NCBI GenBank assembly: GCA_965238005.1
Contig: OZ250165.1
Location: 3,904,001-3,968,000 of the forward strand
Direction of reading: 5' to 3'
DNA from: Longimicrobiales bacterium
GTDB lineage: Bacteria > Gemmatimonadota > Gemmatimonadetes > Longimicrobiales > Gaopeijiaceae
DNA length: 64,000 nucleotides
Shown here: piece after piece, positions 40,466 through 51,454 of the stretch
Numbering within the stretch: the first letter of the stretch is position 1
Layout of the letters: each line of letters begins with the position of its first letter
Program-made: the position numbers and the translations under genes
The notes under the pieces: model-generated
Seen by the model: the letters and a program-made list of their open reading frames with translations, nothing else
Told to the model about the DNA's origin: nothing
Database searches by the model: none

Positions 40466-41722
40466 ATGTCTCATCCCGCGCTGCCCGCCGTGACCGAGCT
40501 CCTGGACCATCTAGGGGTCCGAGCCGCCCGTGACCACATCATGGCCACCGACGAGCGCACGCTCGAAGATCAGGTGGAGCTCACGGAGATTCCCTCCCCG
40601 CCGTTCGGCGAGGAGGCCCGCGGTCGGCGGATGGCGGAGCTCCTCGAGGAGGCCGGGCTGATCGATCTCCGCACGGACAGCACCGGCAACGTCGTGGGGA
40701 TGCGGCACGGCCTGGAAGCCGGGAGTCCGGTCGTGGTGTCGGCTCACCTGGACACCGTATTCCCCGCCGGAACGGACCTTACGGTGCGTAGCGATGACGG
40801 TGTCCTCCGGGCCCCGGGGATCTCCGACGATGGGCGGGGCCTGGCCGCGCTGCTTGCGGTGGTGAGAGCTCTCTCCGAGGCCGATGTGCCGACCCTGAGG
40901 CCCATCCTCTTCGTGGCCACCGTGGGCGAGGAGGGGAGCGGAGACCTGAGGGGCGTAAAGCACCTCTTCCGTGACGGGGGACCCGCCCACGACGCGTCCG
41001 CGTTCATCTCACTCGATGGCGCAGGCGCCCGGACGGTGGTAAACCGGGGACTCGGCGCTCGGCGTTTCCGGGTCACACTCCGCGGCCGAGGAGGGCATTC
41101 ATGGGTGGACTGGGGCATCCCCAACCCGATTCACGCCCTCGGGCGGGCCGTGGGAGCCTTGGCGGCCTGGCCCCCGCCGACCCGCCCGTCTGTGAGCCTC
41201 ACCATCTCGCGTTTCGGGGGTGGCACAAGCGTGAACACGATCCCCGTCGAGGCCTGGGCGGAGCTCGACGTGCGGAGCGAGTCGGAGCAGCACCTGGCGG
41301 TGGCCGAGAAGCGGGTCCGGGCCATTCTGAGACGCTCCGTGGAGGAGGAGAATTCGGGCGCAGCCGAAGAGTCGTACCGGCTCGATCTGCAGATCACGCT
41401 CATCGGCGATCGGCCTGCGGGGGCCACGGCCACCGACTCCCCACTTGTGGAGGCGGCGCTGGCCGCGACGCGGGCCCTCGATATGGAGCCTGAGCTGGTG
41501 GCCTCGTCCACGGACGCCAACCTCCCCATGTCACTGGGAATCCCGGCCATCACCCTTGGAGCCGGAGGCGAGGCCGGCGAGGCCCACACACTGGAAGAGT
41601 GGTATCGAAACACGGGAGGACCGGAGGGAGTGTGCCGCGCGCTCAACACGGTGCTCCTGATGGCGGGGTGTGCCCTGACCGGACGCGCCGCGCGCGGCCC
41701 CTCCTCTATTGACCGCCGATGA
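40466..41722 (+). CDS. M20/M25/M40 metallohydrolase
   Basis: SAHLDTVF, DDGRG, VGEEG, GGHSW, STDAN. Confidence 0.9.
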   Translation: MSHPALPAVTELLDHLGVRAARDHIMATDERTLEDQVELTEIPSPPFGEEARGRRMAELLEEAGLIDLRTDSTGNVVGMRHGLEAGSPVVVSAHLDTVFPAGTDLTVRSDDGVLRAPGISDDGRGLAALLAVVRALSEADVPTLRPILFVATVGEEGSGDLRGVKHLFRDGGPAHDASAFISLDGAGARTVVNRGLGARRFRVTLRGRGGHSWVDWGIPNPIHALGRAVGALAAWPPPTRPSVSLTISRFGGGTSVNTIPVEAWAELDVRSESEQHLAVAEKRVRAILRRSVEEENSGAAEESYRLDLQITLIGDRPAGATATDSPLVEAALAATRALDMEPELVASSTDANLPMSLGIPAITLGAGGEAGEAHTLEEWYRNTGGPEGVCRALNTVLLMAGCALTGRAARGPSSIDRR

Positions 41723-42707
41723 TCTCCGAGTGATCGACGACGCTGAGCTGGCCCCGGAACGCCCGCACCCGGGAGTGAGACCCCACCAGCGAGCCCCGCA
41801 GGTCGGACCACTCGATGACGGCGTCGCTTCCGACCATGGTGTCGACCAGCGTGGAGCCCTCTATCCGGGCGCCGGACTCGACCGTGACGTTGGGCCCGAG
41901 CGTGCAACCCATGACCAACGCACCGTCCTCTACACGAACCGGCTCGATGAGGTTGGAGCCCTCGACCGTGGCGGAGTCGTCGACGCCTGCCCGGCCTCTC
42001 TCCAACAGGTACCGATTGGTGTCGAGCAGGGTCTCCTGCTTACCGCAGTCGTACCAGCCATCGACGGGAGCCACCTGGATCTTGGCTCCCTGGTCCACCA
42101 TGTACTGGAAAGCGTCGGTGAGGTAGAACTCGCCGGACGGCCCCGGCTCTGAGGCCAGCGTATGGGCGATCCCCTCGAACAAAAGCCCCCAGTCTCTCAT
42201 GTAGTAGAGCCCGATGTTGGCGAGCTTGGAGATGGGCTCGGAGGGCTTCTCTACGATGCGGACCATGTGGCCGTCCTCGTCGGTGAGGATGACCCCGTAG
42301 CGCTGGTAGTCCTCCACTTCCTTGGCCCAGACGACGCCCCCGACGGTCTCCTCGACACGGTGCACGAGAGTGAGATCGGCGTCGAAGAGGGTGTCGACGA
42401 AGAGGATCAGCACCTCGTCGTCCACAAAGGGCTCGGCCAGCGCCACGGCTCCGGCCGTTCCGTCCTGGACCTCCTGAACGACGTAGTGGGCGGTGATCTG
42501 CGGATAGGTCTCGGCGATATACGCCTCGATAACCCCCCGGAGATAGCCCACAATGAACACGATTTCCAGCACCCCGAGGTCGGCGAGATCGTCCAGGATG
42601 TAGCTCATCACCGGTCGACCGGCCACGCGTATCAGGGGCTTGGGCGTGACGTGAGTGTGGGGACGAAGGCGAGTACCCTTTCCAGCCAGTGGAATTATAG
42701 CTTTCAT
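41706..42707 (-). CDS. Sugar-phosphate nucleotidyltransferase
   Basis: LAGKGTRLRP...PK, EKP, WYDCG, beta-helix tail. Confidence 0.92.
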   Translation of the reverse strand: MKAIIPLAGKGTRLRPHTHVTPKPLIRVAGRPVMSYILDDLADLGVLEIVFIVGYLRGVIEAYIAETYPQITAHYVVQEVQDGTAGAVALAEPFVDDEVLILFVDTLFDADLTLVHRVEETVGGVVWAKEVEDYQRYGVILTDEDGHMVRIVEKPSEPISKLANIGLYYMRDWGLLFEGIAHTLASEPGPSGEFYLTDAFQYMVDQGAKIQVAPVDGWYDCGKQETLLDTNRYLLERGRAGVDDSATVEGSNLIEPVRVEDGALVMGCTLGPNVTVESGARIEGSTLVDTMVGSDAVIEWSDLRGSLVGSHSRVRAFRGQLSVVDHSEIIGGQ

Positions 42708-42826
42708 GTGGGCGGACATTATGGGGCGCAGGTATCCGGGGCAATCGCCGAAAGGGGAACACTGGTGCGGAGTGCGGGTCAAGACATCCGCTGTCGAACG
42801 ACCCCTTCCATGAATCGAGAGGGAAC

Positions 42827-43609
42827 GTGATTCGCTGCCTCCTCGCCACCTGGGCGATCGCGGGATGCGCCTCGGCTCCCGCTCCGGAGGGACCCAACCT
42901 CGACAATCCCGGTGACCCGAGCCGAATCTACCTGTACCAGGTGGATCCTCAGGCCGTGGCGGGCGTACCCGCCGATACGGTTGGTACAGTGGAGGTCACG
43001 GGGTACGGGGAGGTCACCGTCGACCCCGACCGGGTAGAGATCAGCTTCGCCGTGGAGACCGAAGCCGAGTCTGCCCGCGCGGCCACCACCGAGAACGCGG
43101 AGCGCATGGAGGCCGTGATCGCGGCCCTCCGGGACACGGAGCTGGAGGGTCTGCGAATCGAGACGCACGGCTACAACCTCCAGCCGAGGTATCGCAGAGC
43201 CAACTCGAACGAGCCCCAGGCAAACCGGATCATGGGCTATCAGGCGCTGAATAACGTTCGCGTGAGCGTGGCCGACGTCTCGACCGCGGGTCCTCTCATC
43301 GACGCGGCCATCGATGCCGGCGCCAACCGGGTCGCGAGCCTCGTGTTCCTGGCCACTGAGACAGAACAGGCTCGTCTGGAAGCCTTACGTATGGCCGTGG
43401 AAAATGCCCGCCGAGAGGCCGAGATCATCGCCCAGGCCATCGGCGTGCCCCTGGGGCCACCCCTCGAGGTCAGGGGCACACCCGCCCCCGTTCCACGCTT
43501 GCAGGCCCGGGCCAGTCTGGCCATGGCCGCCGAAGCGCTGACACCGGTGGAGCTGACACGGCAGACGATCCGAGCCACCGTCACCATACGATATCGCCTT
43601 GGAGGCTAA
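42827..43609 (+). CDS. SIMPL (DUF541) lipoprotein
   Basis: VTGYGEVTVDPD, AIDAGAN. Confidence 0.88.
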   Translation: MIRCLLATWAIAGCASAPAPEGPNLDNPGDPSRIYLYQVDPQAVAGVPADTVGTVEVTGYGEVTVDPDRVEISFAVETEAESARAATTENAERMEAVIAALRDTELEGLRIETHGYNLQPRYRRANSNEPQANRIMGYQALNNVRVSVADVSTAGPLIDAAIDAGANRVASLVFLATETEQARLEALRMAVENARREAEIIAQAIGVPLGPPLEVRGTPAPVPRLQARASLAMAAEALTPVELTRQTIRATVTIRYRLGG

Positions 43610-44051
43610 CCGGTTGCTGAGAGAACGCCTCGGGCGAGCCCTCACCACGAATCGGGCCGCAACCCACCCCCGGTCCGACGATCCCCGACTTCTGGGGCGA
43701 ACCTACGCCATTCCCTTTGATCGGGTCTGGACCGCGTGTCTCGTTCTGGTCGAGCGGCCTCGACGCTGGACCCTGCTCCAGGCCAACGATCTGGACGGCT
43801 ACCTCAGGGTCAAGTGCCAGACCCTGGTCTTCAAGTTCATCGACGATTTCGAAATCCGGATCGGCCTGGACGAGCACGCCATGACGCGGGTCGACGTCAA
43901 ATCCCGGTCCCGCAGGGGTAGAGCGGATCTGGGGACCAACGCCCGCCGCATCGGCCGCTTCTTGCGGCGTCTCGATCGGATTCTGGATGCCGAAGACGGG
44001 GCGATCCTGGATTCCACCCACCTGGAGACATGGCGCGCGGAAGCTGGATGA
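43599..44051 (+). CDS. DUF1499 family protein
   Basis: FKFIDD, VDVKSRSR.G.ADLGTNARRI. Confidence 0.88.
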   Translation: MEANRLLRERLGRALTTNRAATHPRSDDPRLLGRTYAIPFDRVWTACLVLVERPRRWTLLQANDLDGYLRVKCQTLVFKFIDDFEIRIGLDEHAMTRVDVKSRSRRGRADLGTNARRIGRFLRRLDRILDAEDGAILDSTHLETWRAEAG

Positions 44052-44995
44052 CGGGCGGAAGCTCCGTTCGATCCCGGGCCCTCCTCGTCGTGTGCTTCCT
44101 CCTGACCGGATGTGGTCAGGATGCTCCCCCACCTCAGGCGGCGGCTCAGGGAACGACACCCGACGCCGATCCCGATCCGAACCTCGACGACCGGGTTTAC
44201 GAACGGAACGTCGTGTTCATGACAGTGGGCGCCGACAGCGCCATCATCGTCCCGTGGCTCTTCCGATCCTCTGCCTCCGAGCGGGGCGTCGCGCGAATCG
44301 CGGAAGGGTGGCTCGCACGAGCCGGGCTCTGGGAGCCCTTCTTCAACGACCGATGGGACTCTCCATTGACGCGGTCCCCGTTTCGCATCCACCCGCGCGG
44401 CGCCATGGATCTGGTGGTGGGCCCGGAGGATGTCCTGGAGGAGATTCTCTACGAGGAGGGCCCCAGGCAGCTGGAGGTCATCATTGACGAGAGGATGTCG
44501 GACTGGAGCGGAGGTCGGGGGGAGACCTTCCGCATTCATCAAGGCGCCGTTCACTTCGGGAATCTGCGGATCGAAGGCATGGTCCTCGACATGAGCCGGG
44601 CTCACCTTCGGGAGGGCCCGTTTCCCGGCGAGTGGATGTTCCTCACGGGGCCCGGGCGTCTGGCTCTCATGATCGAGGAGACAGGCGGATCCCCGCGCTA
44701 CACGGCCTGGGGCAGACGAGGTGAGGAGGAGTATCGCTGGCCGGAGATGGAGGTGGAGTGGATCTCGGTGCGATCGTTCGAGGAGGCGCGGCGTGACGTT
44801 CCGGTGGCTTGGGAGATCCGGTCCACCGACGGGGAGATGGAGCTCTCGCTCTTCAGCACCGGCATGGAGCTACGCTCCGTGGCGGGAGAGGGACCGCTCC
44901 TTCCTGTGGAGGGCCTCCATCAGGTCTCCGGCCCCCTCGTCATAGCAGGGGATTCCCTGGAGGTGTGGGGGCTCGTGCGCCACGTACAGCGTTAG
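44048..44995 (+). CDS. Hypothetical lipoprotein
   Basis: Lipobox LTGC; ATGA overlap. Confidence 0.7.
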   Translation: MTGGSSVRSRALLVVCFLLTGCGQDAPPPQAAAQGTTPDADPDPNLDDRVYERNVVFMTVGADSAIIVPWLFRSSASERGVARIAEGWLARAGLWEPFFNDRWDSPLTRSPFRIHPRGAMDLVVGPEDVLEEILYEEGPRQLEVIIDERMSDWSGGRGETFRIHQGAVHFGNLRIEGMVLDMSRAHLREGPFPGEWMFLTGPGRLALMIEETGGSPRYTAWGRRGEEEYRWPEMEVEWISVRSFEEARRDVPVAWEIRSTDGEMELSLFSTGMELRSVAGEGPLLPVEGLHQVSGPLVIAGDSLEVWGLVRHVQR

Positions 44996-45009
44996 AAAAA
45001 GGTAGCTGC

Positions 45010-46578
45010 GTGCCCGACGAGCTGATCCGCGCGCTGATCACCATCGCCTTCGGAGCCCTCGCAGGAGGGCTCACCAACTCGGTGGCGATCTGGATGCTCT
45101 TCCATCCCTACGAGCCCCCGCGTGTCGGGAGCCGGAACCTCAAGATGCTCCAGGGGGCCATTCCCAAGAACCAGCCTCGCCTGGCGGCTGCCGTGGGACG
45201 TACCGTGGGCACGCGCCTCCTCACCGAAGAGGATCTGGGAGAGATCTTCAGCGATCAGGAGTTCCGGGCCGCCTTCGACGGCCACCTCTCCGGCTTCCTG
45301 GATGCCCTCCTCCATAGGGAGAGGGGCTCGGTGCGTGACCTCTTTCCCGAGGACATGCACAAGCAGGTTGAGGGGATCGTGGACGACGTGGCGACGTTCG
45401 GACTCGAGCGCCTGCACGAGTACCTGCAGTCGGATCGCTTCACCGAGACGGTCTCGGCGCGAGCCGGGGACATCGTCCACTCCATCGCTGACGAACCGGT
45501 GGCGGGCATCCTGACGCCCGCCCGCGAGGGGGCCATCTCGGAGGCCGTAGACGACTGGATTACGGGAGCGGTCGAAAGCGAGGACTTCAGCCGGGCCATC
45601 GACGAATACCTGGATCGCGCGGCCCGGAGGCTCCTCGAGCCGCGACGCACCTTCGAAGAGATCCTTCCGCTGGGCCTGGTGGGGGCCGTCGAGAAGGGCA
45701 TCGCCGCCTACCTCCCGCTCGCGATCCAGCGCCTGGGGTCACTGCTGGAGGACAAGGAAGCGCGCGCGAAGTTCGAGACCTTCATCCACGACCTCCTCCA
45801 TCGCTTCCTGAGCGACCTCAAGTTCCATCAGAGGGTGGTCGCCAAGCTCATCATCACCGAGTCCACTGTGGACATGGTCCTGAACACCATTGAGGCCGAA
45901 GGGGCGGAGCGCTTAGCTGAGATACTCCAGGAGGAGGCCATGCAGGATGCCATGGCCCGGGGGATCAACGACGCCATCGTGGACTTCCTGAGGCGGCCCG
46001 TAACGTCGGTGCTCGGAGAGCCAGACGACCCCAGCGTGGTGGAGGCTCGGACGACGGTTGTGGGATGGTTCGTCGGTCTGGCACAGGACCCCACGTCGCG
46101 CAGCTTCGTGGTCGAGAAGCTCGAGGTGGCACTGGAAAAGATGGGTGCTCGGACGTGGGGCGAGGTGTTTGAAAAGCTGCCGCCCGACCGGGTGGCCGAG
46201 TGGCTGGTGGCCGGGGCACGGAGTGAGGCGGCGGCGACCCTCTACCGGGAGGCCGCGAGCCGGCTCTCGAAGAACATCCTAGAGCGCCCCATCGGGACTC
46301 CCGCCAACTGGCTCCCCGAGGGAGCCTCTCAAACCGCCGAAGAGACCCTCGGCGACCCGATCTGGGAGTGGCTTCAGACCCAGGTGCCCGACGTGATACA
46401 GCAGATCGACGTTGCCGGACGTGTGGAGGAGAAGGTCCTGGCCTTCCCGCCCGCCAAAGTGGAAGAGCTCGTCAAAAAGGTGACGCACAAGGAGCTCAAG
46501 ATCATCGTGCGGCTGGGTTATCTGCTGGGGGGCTTCATCGGGATCGCTCTGGTGATCCTGAACAGCCTCTGGGGCTGA
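45010..46578 (+). CDS. DUF445 family membrane protein
   Basis: GGLTNSVAIWMLFHP, QGAIPK, ELKIIVRLGYLLGGFIG. Confidence 0.9.
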   Translation: MPDELIRALITIAFGALAGGLTNSVAIWMLFHPYEPPRVGSRNLKMLQGAIPKNQPRLAAAVGRTVGTRLLTEEDLGEIFSDQEFRAAFDGHLSGFLDALLHRERGSVRDLFPEDMHKQVEGIVDDVATFGLERLHEYLQSDRFTETVSARAGDIVHSIADEPVAGILTPAREGAISEAVDDWITGAVESEDFSRAIDEYLDRAARRLLEPRRTFEEILPLGLVGAVEKGIAAYLPLAIQRLGSLLEDKEARAKFETFIHDLLHRFLSDLKFHQRVVAKLIITESTVDMVLNTIEAEGAERLAEILQEEAMQDAMARGINDAIVDFLRRPVTSVLGEPDDPSVVEARTTVVGWFVGLAQDPTSRSFVVEKLEVALEKMGARTWGEVFEKLPPDRVAEWLVAGARSEAAATLYREAASRLSKNILERPIGTPANWLPEGASQTAEETLGDPIWEWLQTQVPDVIQQIDVAGRVEEKVLAFPPAKVEELVKKVTHKELKIIVRLGYLLGGFIGIALVILNSLWG

Positions 46579-46616
46579 TGAGCGAGCGGGCTTCACGCCC
46601 TAGGGGCCTCAGGCCC

Positions 46617-46874
46617 CTAGTCTTCCGAGCGCTTCTGCGACGGGTCCCGGGCGACGGCCGTCTTGAAGCGCCGGCGCTCACGCCGGCGCTGGGAGGCCCG
46701 CTCTCCTACCTTGAGGTAGTTGAGCCACATGAAGTGGCGCTTGGCCTGCCGGGGCCGCCCTTTGCCCATACGGGCGGAGACTTCTTCGGGTGATTGGGTG
46801 TAGCGAGTGCCCCCCAGGTAGATCCCCAGGGCGAGCGCCGCCACACCCACCAGGATCTTGAGAAAGAGGACCAA
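46617..46874 (-). CDS. Small hypothetical membrane protein
   Basis: N-terminal TM helix, basic tail. Confidence 0.55.
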   Translation of the reverse strand: MVLFLKILVGVAALALGIYLGGTRYTQSPEEVSARMGKGRPRQAKRHFMWLNYLKVGERASQRRRERRRFKTAVARDPSQKRSED

Positions 46875-47148
46875 CTTTGTCTCCGGTTGGGTCTGGTCGC
46901 TTCGACCGCCCTCAGGCCCGTCCGATGGACTCCAAGAGGAGGAGGGCCAGACCCGTTGCCAGAATGATGGCCACGGCCGTGGTGCCTACCGACACCAATC
47001 CCACGACCGTCCAGAACACGATGTGGATGAAGTTGTAGCCACCCGGAAGAAGATGCATCGCTCTGTGCGTTGAGGTTCCAGTCGCCTACGCCTCTGGAAT
47101 ATGCGGAAGGCGCGATCGGTCTTCAATGGGCCGTCGTCAGTCCAGCCT

Positions 47149-47637
47149 TTACCCGTGCGGGTGGGCATCGTGACCGGCCGAATCCCTGCCGACCTCCACC
47201 CTCTTCTTCACGTCCGCCAGGTAGCCCGGAGACAGGTCCAGAAGGTTGCAGACCTTCCTCAGAAGAGACTCCTCGTGGCTCGACAGCTCGCCATCGGCGT
47301 AGACGAGCCCCCACATGACCTCCATCAGGACCATCTTTTGCCCCAGGGAGTAGTTGGCCTTGATGAGCTTGGTGAACTGATAGAGGTCCACGGCCTCCCC
47401 CCGGGCCAGCTCGGCCAGCTTGATGAGCGCCTCGGCGTGATCTTCGTCGAGTCCGTACTGCCTCCGCACAGCCGAGGTCACGTGCCGCCTCTCGTCCTCC
47501 GTGAACTCGTCGTCCGCGTAGGCGAGCTCGATGAGGAGGGCGCACGCGGCCAGGCGTATGTCCTCGTCACCCAACTCCTCCACGCTGGCCGGAGGGGTCA
47601 TGGAAGAGCCGAAAAATGACTTTATGGCATCAAGCAT
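47149..47637 (-). CDS. TerB family protein
   Basis: ALLIELAYAD, DLYQFT, VYADGELSSHE; RBS AAGGAG. Confidence 0.9.
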   Translation of the reverse strand: MLDAIKSFFGSSMTPPASVEELGDEDIRLAACALLIELAYADDEFTEDERRHVTSAVRRQYGLDEDHAEALIKLAELARGEAVDLYQFTKLIKANYSLGQKMVLMEVMWGLVYADGELSSHEESLLRKVCNLLDLSPGYLADVKKRVEVGRDSAGHDAHPHG

Positions 47638-47744
47638 CGATCGCTCCTTGCCTCGATCGCTGATGCGGTGGCCGCAGTGTCCGATTCAACTCGGGGATGA
47701 TGCTAACGCGGCGCCGGAGTCTGGGCCAGGTGGCCGGCCCCGCA

Positions 47745-49444
47745 CTAGAGCTCCAGCGCTCGCACCTTCCGCACTCCGGCCCTGAGGGGAAGGGCAATGG
47801 AGATGGCTGTCAAAACGAGGGCGCCCGAGGCCCCCAAGACGAGGGGCAGGATCCCCGCCGACCCGCCCTCCGCCTGGAAGCGAACCAGCAGGAGGCGGTC
47901 AACGGGCCACGCAAGGAGGACCACGATACCGGTCAGGTAGCTGACAGCCGCCATCATGAACATGAGACCCCCGAACGACGTGGGAATCTCGGCCATGTTG
48001 TCGGTGTCGTAGTTCGGATAGAGGGCCCCGAACCCGAGGGCCAGAGCCGTCATGGCCAGGGTGATGCCGATCATGGCCACGGTGGTGATCACCAGGATCA
48101 GCGTCGTCGCCTCGAGGATGATGTTCGTGATCACGATGAGGGGGAGAGCCACAAGAAGAAGGGGGATGGTTCCCACCCAGTACTTCGTCAGGAACAGGGT
48201 ACGTATATCGATGGGCGACGACCTCAACAGCCACGCCATCCTACCTTCCAGGGAAATACCCGGGAATACGAACCGGGCAGCGATGGCGGCAACCACGAAT
48301 CCCGCGAGCCCCAGGTTCAGGAAGGAAACGGCGTTGATGAGGAAGAAGGAGACCTGCTCACCGGTGTAGAGCGGGAGCACCTTGATGTTGTAGACGTACA
48401 CCACCACCAGGACGCCCAAGAGTATCAGCTGCGACCACTGAGTAGCGTCCGGAAGAAGACCCGGATCTCCTTGGTCACGAGCTGGCGGGTCGCGGGAGCG
48501 GTCCAGGCGAAGCACCTCTCCAGCTTGGTCGTCCGGACCCGGCCCTCCTTGCGCTCGGCACCCTCCTGGGCCCGGGTGAATCCCGACCGAAAGAAGCGAT
48601 GGTGGAGCCAGGCGCCCCCTACGAAGACGGCCGCGGCCGTGCTCCACAGGAACCAGAACGGGAACGGATCGAACACCCCGTTGAGGTGGGACATGAGCGT
48701 GCCCGCTACCCACTCGTTGGGGAGCCAGGGAGACGTCGGCGACCTCAGCACTGCCATGAAGTCCACCAGGTCGCGGAACTCCTCAGGACTCACGAGGCGC
48801 TCCGGCCGGAGGAACCGGAAGAGGACCACCACGCCCGCCGCAGCAAAAAGCCCGATGAGAGCCAGGAGCTCTCTGGTGCGCCGGGCCGGGAACACGTTCA
48901 CGAGCATGAGCGTGAAAGCCGTCCCGAGAACGGCTGGAATCACCAGGTACGGGATCAGGGTGACGACGGCGAGACCATAGAAGGACCATCCGGCTCCGTA
49001 CACCATTCCGTAGGCCGCCAGGAGCGGAATCGCAAGGAGCGCCACCATCCAAGAGGAGTCCACGATCGTCTCCACGAGCCGGGCCCCGTAGAGCTTCACG
49101 GAGTCCACGGGCGAAGCCACGAGGAGCTCCATGTCCCTCGAGAGGAAGTACGTGGAGAGCGCGGTGATGACGTTGGAGAGGAGTAGGATCATCAGGAAGG
49201 TCAGCAGCGCAAGCCCGAGCAGCTTCCCCGCCAGCAGGTCGCCGATGCCCTGGGTTCCCCGGAAGTACAGCAGCATCCGGAAGATGACCCCGAAGATGAA
49301 CGACCAGAAGAACAGCCCGACGAAGGCGAGCACGCCCCACTTGAAGAGGCGTCCCTCCTCGCTCTTGGTCCGGTGGAGCTTCGACCGGATCTTCGGCCAG
49401 AGCAGCCAGAGGATCCCGGGCCCGCCGAAAGTGGCGCCGTTCAC
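47745..49444 (-). pseudogene. Putative ABC exporter permease, frameshifted
   Basis: Multi-TM; KEIRVFFR|DATQWSQL split by a missing G near 48450; SLEG..WLLRSSP motif. Confidence 0.8.
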
Positions 49445-49445
49445 T

Positions 49446-49627
49446 AGTGTTCCGTTTCCGAGGTTCGCGAGCCACCAAGAGGGCCGGGACGCCGTGGGAT
49501 CAAGGCGGGACGACCCGGCGTAGCGCAAGCGGGCACCGCGCGAAGCGTGGTCGTAAGGAGTTCCAACGCCGAGCCCACGGATGCACCGCGCCCTCGACTG
49601 GCCGAGACACTTTGGTAACGGGACACT
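49446..49627. mobile_element. MITE family B, copy 1 (182 bp)
   Basis: Imperfect IRs AGTGTTCCGTTTCC / GGTAACGGGACACT, CTAG at both ends; highly similar same-length copy at 61675. Confidence 0.85.
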
Positions 49628-50453
49628 AGACTAGCTGGTCTCCTGAAGGCTGGCCACCACGTCCGCCATGTCCTCGTCCCCGGTGACCTTGAGGAAGATC
49701 TCTTCGAGGTGGGCCTCGCCGGAGTCGACCTGCCCGCGAAGATCCTCCATAGTGCCCTTCGCGATGATGTCGCCGTCACGGATGATGGCGATGCGGTCGC
49801 ACACGGCCTCTACAACCTCGAGGGTGTGGCTCGACAGAAAGACCGTCCCTCCCCGGTTCGCGAAGGCCCGGAACAGATCCTTCAGAATTCTGGCAGACCG
49901 GGGATCGAGGCCCACCATGGGCTCATCCACCACGATGAGCTCGGGTTGATGGATCAGAGCCGAGGTGATGAGGAGCTTCTGGCGCATCCCGTGGGAGTAG
50001 CTCTCGATGAGCTCGTCCTTCCATTCGGTGAGGCTGAAGATCTCGAGGAGTCCGTTCGCCCGTTCTTCCGACGCGTGCTCGTCCTTGCCCCAGAGGCCCG
50101 CCACAAAGCGCAGGAACTCACCTCCCGAGAGCTTTTCGTAGAGGTAGGGCCGGTCGGGGATGTATCCGATGCGGGACTTGGCGTGGACGGGATGGACCTC
50201 CAGGTTGTTCCCTCCGATGAGGATCGTGCCCTCAGTCGGCTCGAGCACACCGGCCACCATCCGAATCGTGGTCGTCTTTCCGGCACCGTTGGGACCGAGG
50301 AATCCGAAGATCTCGCCCCGGGGCACCGTGAGGTCGATGCCGTTGACGGCGGTGAAGCCCCCATAACGTTTGGGTATTATATACTAGACTTGACTTTTGG
50401 GCTAATCATGGTATCTTCTAAGTACAGCAAATCGTTGCCGCTTAGGAGGATAC

Positions 50454-51392
50454 ATGGCTCACAAGGCACCCGGCAAGGCGTACCGCGAGGGGATCACTCT
50501 CTTGCAGCTGGCAGACCTATTCCCGACCGAGGAATCGGCGGTGGGTTGGTTCGAGGGTGTGGTCTGGTCTGGCGAGCGGGCTTGCGGGCATTGCGGCTCT
50601 CTCGACACGTACGGTATCAAGAGCGGCAAGCCCATGCCGTATCGGTGCCGCGACTGCAAGCGGTACTTCAGCGTGAAGACGGGAACGCTCATGGCGTCGT
50701 CGCCTCTTCCCGTCCGCAAGTGGGTTTACGCGATCTATCTGGACGTGACGAGCCTCAAGGGTGTTGCGTCGATGAAACTGCACAGGGACCTAGGCGTCAC
50801 ACAGAAGACCGCTTGGTTCATGCAGCAGCGCATCCGCGAAGCGTTCCGTGCGGAAGGCCCCATGGTCTTCGCCGGGCCGGTCGAAGTGGACGAAACCTAT
50901 TTCGGCGGTCGGGAGAAGAACAAGCACGCGTCCAAGAAGCTGAGGGCTGGCCGTGGTCCGGTGGGCAAGACGGCGGTGGTCGGCGCGAAGGATCGGGCCA
51001 CGAATCAAGTAGCGGCCCGGGTGGTCGAGGGCACGGACAAGAAGACGCTCCAAGGCTTTGTGAAGACTCACGCGGCCAAGGGCGCGAAGGTCTACACGGA
51101 CGATGCGAGCGCCTACGATGGCCTAGAGAACCGCGAGGCGGTGAAGCACTCGGTAGCCGAGTACGTAAGGGGCCAAGCCCACACGAACGGGGTGGAGTCC
51201 TTCTGGAGCATGCTGAAGCGGGCGCACAAGGGCACGTTCCACAAGCTGAGCGCGAAGCACCTACAGCGGTATGTAGACGAGTTCGCGGGCCGTCACAACA
51301 TCCGCGACCTGGATACGATCCGGCAGATGGAGCACGTAGTCGCGGCGATGGTCGGGCGGCGGCTCATGTACCGGGATCTGATCGCCGAATAG
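50454..51392 (+). CDS. IS1595 transposase
   Basis: CGHC/CRDC Zn ribbon, VEVDETY, YTDD, HTNGVESFW. Confidence 0.95.
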   Translation: MAHKAPGKAYREGITLLQLADLFPTEESAVGWFEGVVWSGERACGHCGSLDTYGIKSGKPMPYRCRDCKRYFSVKTGTLMASSPLPVRKWVYAIYLDVTSLKGVASMKLHRDLGVTQKTAWFMQQRIREAFRAEGPMVFAGPVEVDETYFGGREKNKHASKKLRAGRGPVGKTAVVGAKDRATNQVAARVVEGTDKKTLQGFVKTHAAKGAKVYTDDASAYDGLENREAVKHSVAEYVRGQAHTNGVESFWSMLKRAHKGTFHKLSAKHLQRYVDEFAGRHNIRDLDTIRQMEHVVAAMVGRRLMYRDLIAE

Positions 51393-51454
51393 CTCCCGAA
51401 GGATTGCGGGGCCAAGGAAAGAATTGCACCCTTCTCCCCCCGAAGGGGGGGTGC